A stretch of 63,419 nucleotides of DNA, counting the filler, from Octopus bimaculoides (Eukaryota): assembly GCF_001194135.2 (NCBI RefSeq). It is 7 parts of 6 records of this genome, joined end to end, with 100 filler letters (N's around TTAATTAATTAA, not from the genome) between each part and the next. Parts side by side here need not be neighbours in the genome. Positions count along the whole stretch, not along the records: positions 62,099 to 63,419 come from NC_068982.1; 6 more parts are not named here. The stretch is one strand, 5' to 3'. Below, piece after piece: positions 62,100 to 63,419 of the stretch. A program made the position numbers and the translations under genes. How positions within the stretch are numbered: position 1 is the stretch's first letter; each line of letters begins with the position of its first letter. The notes beneath the pieces were generated by a model. The model was not told the origin of the DNA. It saw only the letters and a program-made list of their open reading frames with translations, and searched no databases.

Positions 62100-62590
62100 T
62101 AGTAGCAACAATGACATTAACAACAGTGGCTATAACAACATGAACAGTAGTTGTCACAACAATATTCGCAATAATGGTCACATCATTAACAACAATAGCC
62201 ACATCAGCATTAGCAGCAACTCACAACTACGTTAGCAATATCACCCACAACAGTAGCTACAGAGACCACATCTTCAAACAATAGGAGTTATAGTAGTAGT
62301 AGTAGTTGCTACAGTATTAGCAGTTATAGTCACATCAACAACAGTAGTCACAACGTTAGCAACAGTAACCACAACCGCAGCAGTAATCACAGTGACATTA
62401 GCAAATGTTACCACAAAATTAACAACAGTAATCGCAACATGAGCAAGCGGTAAGAACAACATAGCAACCATAATTGTGGCAGAGTTAGTTAGCAACTGTA
62501 GACACAACAGCATTAACAAGAGTAATTGCAACCACATTAACTACTAACAACAGCGACATTAGCAACAACAGCTACAACATTCGCAACAAT
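62100..62590. repeat. Cryptic AAC/AGC/AGT-based degenerate minisatellite
   Basis: Recurring CACAACATTAGCAACAGT-like units; the Ser/Asn/His-type frame is broken by frameshifts. Confidence 0.65.
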
Positions 62591-63139
62591 TTTTCACTCC
62601 CCGTTTCAAAGGCAATGAATTTGTTTAATTTTTAATTAACGTTGTAAACTTCCTTTGAAACAGCAGAATCATACGTGAATGCAAGTAGCAGTGGCGTTAA
62701 TGTCTTTCCAGATGATATTGTTGCGAACATGGATTCTATTGGGAGTCAAAACTGTTTCGCAATAACATTAACAACGGTAACCACAACACCAACTTAATTA
62801 ACCACAGTAACCATAAAAACCACATTAGATAATTACCACCATATTTGAAAATGTGCAAGAAAGCGGTAGGGTTTATTACTGCAGCTTAGACAGACTATCA
62901 CTTCATCTTCGTTTGTGTATTTACTCGTTTATTCCCTTCTTTATTTAATTTTAAAATGAAAGATAAATTTTGAGATACATCTGCGCATGCGCAGAAAATT
63001 CATCGTACCAATTTTTTAGTTGCTATTATTATTATTCTCTTTGTTTATCACTTCTTTTGTATATTCATCACCAATTATTTTGTCTACAGTTGCTTTACTA
63101 TTTATTATTCTTGTTGTTGTTGTCGTTGTTGCTGTTTTC

Positions 63140-63419
63140 AAGCCTGCGTAGAATCGTTAACACGCCAGGCAAAATGCTTAGCGGCATTTACATTTCTTCC
63201 GGCTCTTTATATTCTGAGTTCAAATTCCGCCGAGGTCGGCTTTGCCTTTTATACTACCGGGGTGGCCGATAAAATAAGATATAATCGACTTACACCTTCC
63301 CCGAAATTGCTGGTGTTGTGCCAAAATTTGAAATCATTATTATCATTGTTGTTGCTGTTGCAGTTAAGCCTGCGAACTGGTAGAATCGTTAGACAAAACG
63401 CTTAACGGCATTTCTTTAG
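63140..63419 (+). mobile_element. Family B SINE plus the start of a second copy
   Basis: GAATCGTTAACACGCCAGGCAAAATGCTTAGCGG...CTGAGTTCAAATTCCGCCGAGGTCGGCTTTGCC; a second GCGAACTGGTAGAATCGTTAG at the window end. Confidence 0.8.

Noticed and set aside
62100-62590. Ser/Asn/His-rich or Val/Thr/Ala-rich coding exon
   Set aside because: A degenerate trinucleotide-based repeat with frameshifts and stops and no splice structure.

Overview
AT-rich, microsatellite-saturated animal genomic DNA with many N gaps. The SINE families and simple-repeat load look like an octopus (cephalopod) short-read scaffold; this is inferred from sequence style, not from a search. No host protein-coding gene, true tRNA, rRNA or CRISPR array can be supported, so the window looks intronic or intergenic. 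It contains: (1) dozens of tRNA-derived SINE copies in at least four families; (2) decayed non-LTR retrotransposon fragments (CR1/Jockey-like RT, RTE, Tx1/L1-like, R4/Dong-like RLE); (3) DNA-transposon relics (internally deleted Tc1, Merlin/ISXO2 transposase, mariner, piggyBac and hAT MITEs); (4) mini- and microsatellites and a 2.1-kb-offset local duplication; (5) six artificial TTAATTAATTAA contig linkers. The most interesting signal is a small non-coding element that joins a Pol III tRNA-like head to a minimal, Penelope-type type-I hammerhead ribozyme. It has five hammerhead-bearing copies at four loci, two of them in head-to-head fold-back pairs. Two further, unrelated minimal hammerhead motifs lie at about 23.9 kb and 52.9 kb.
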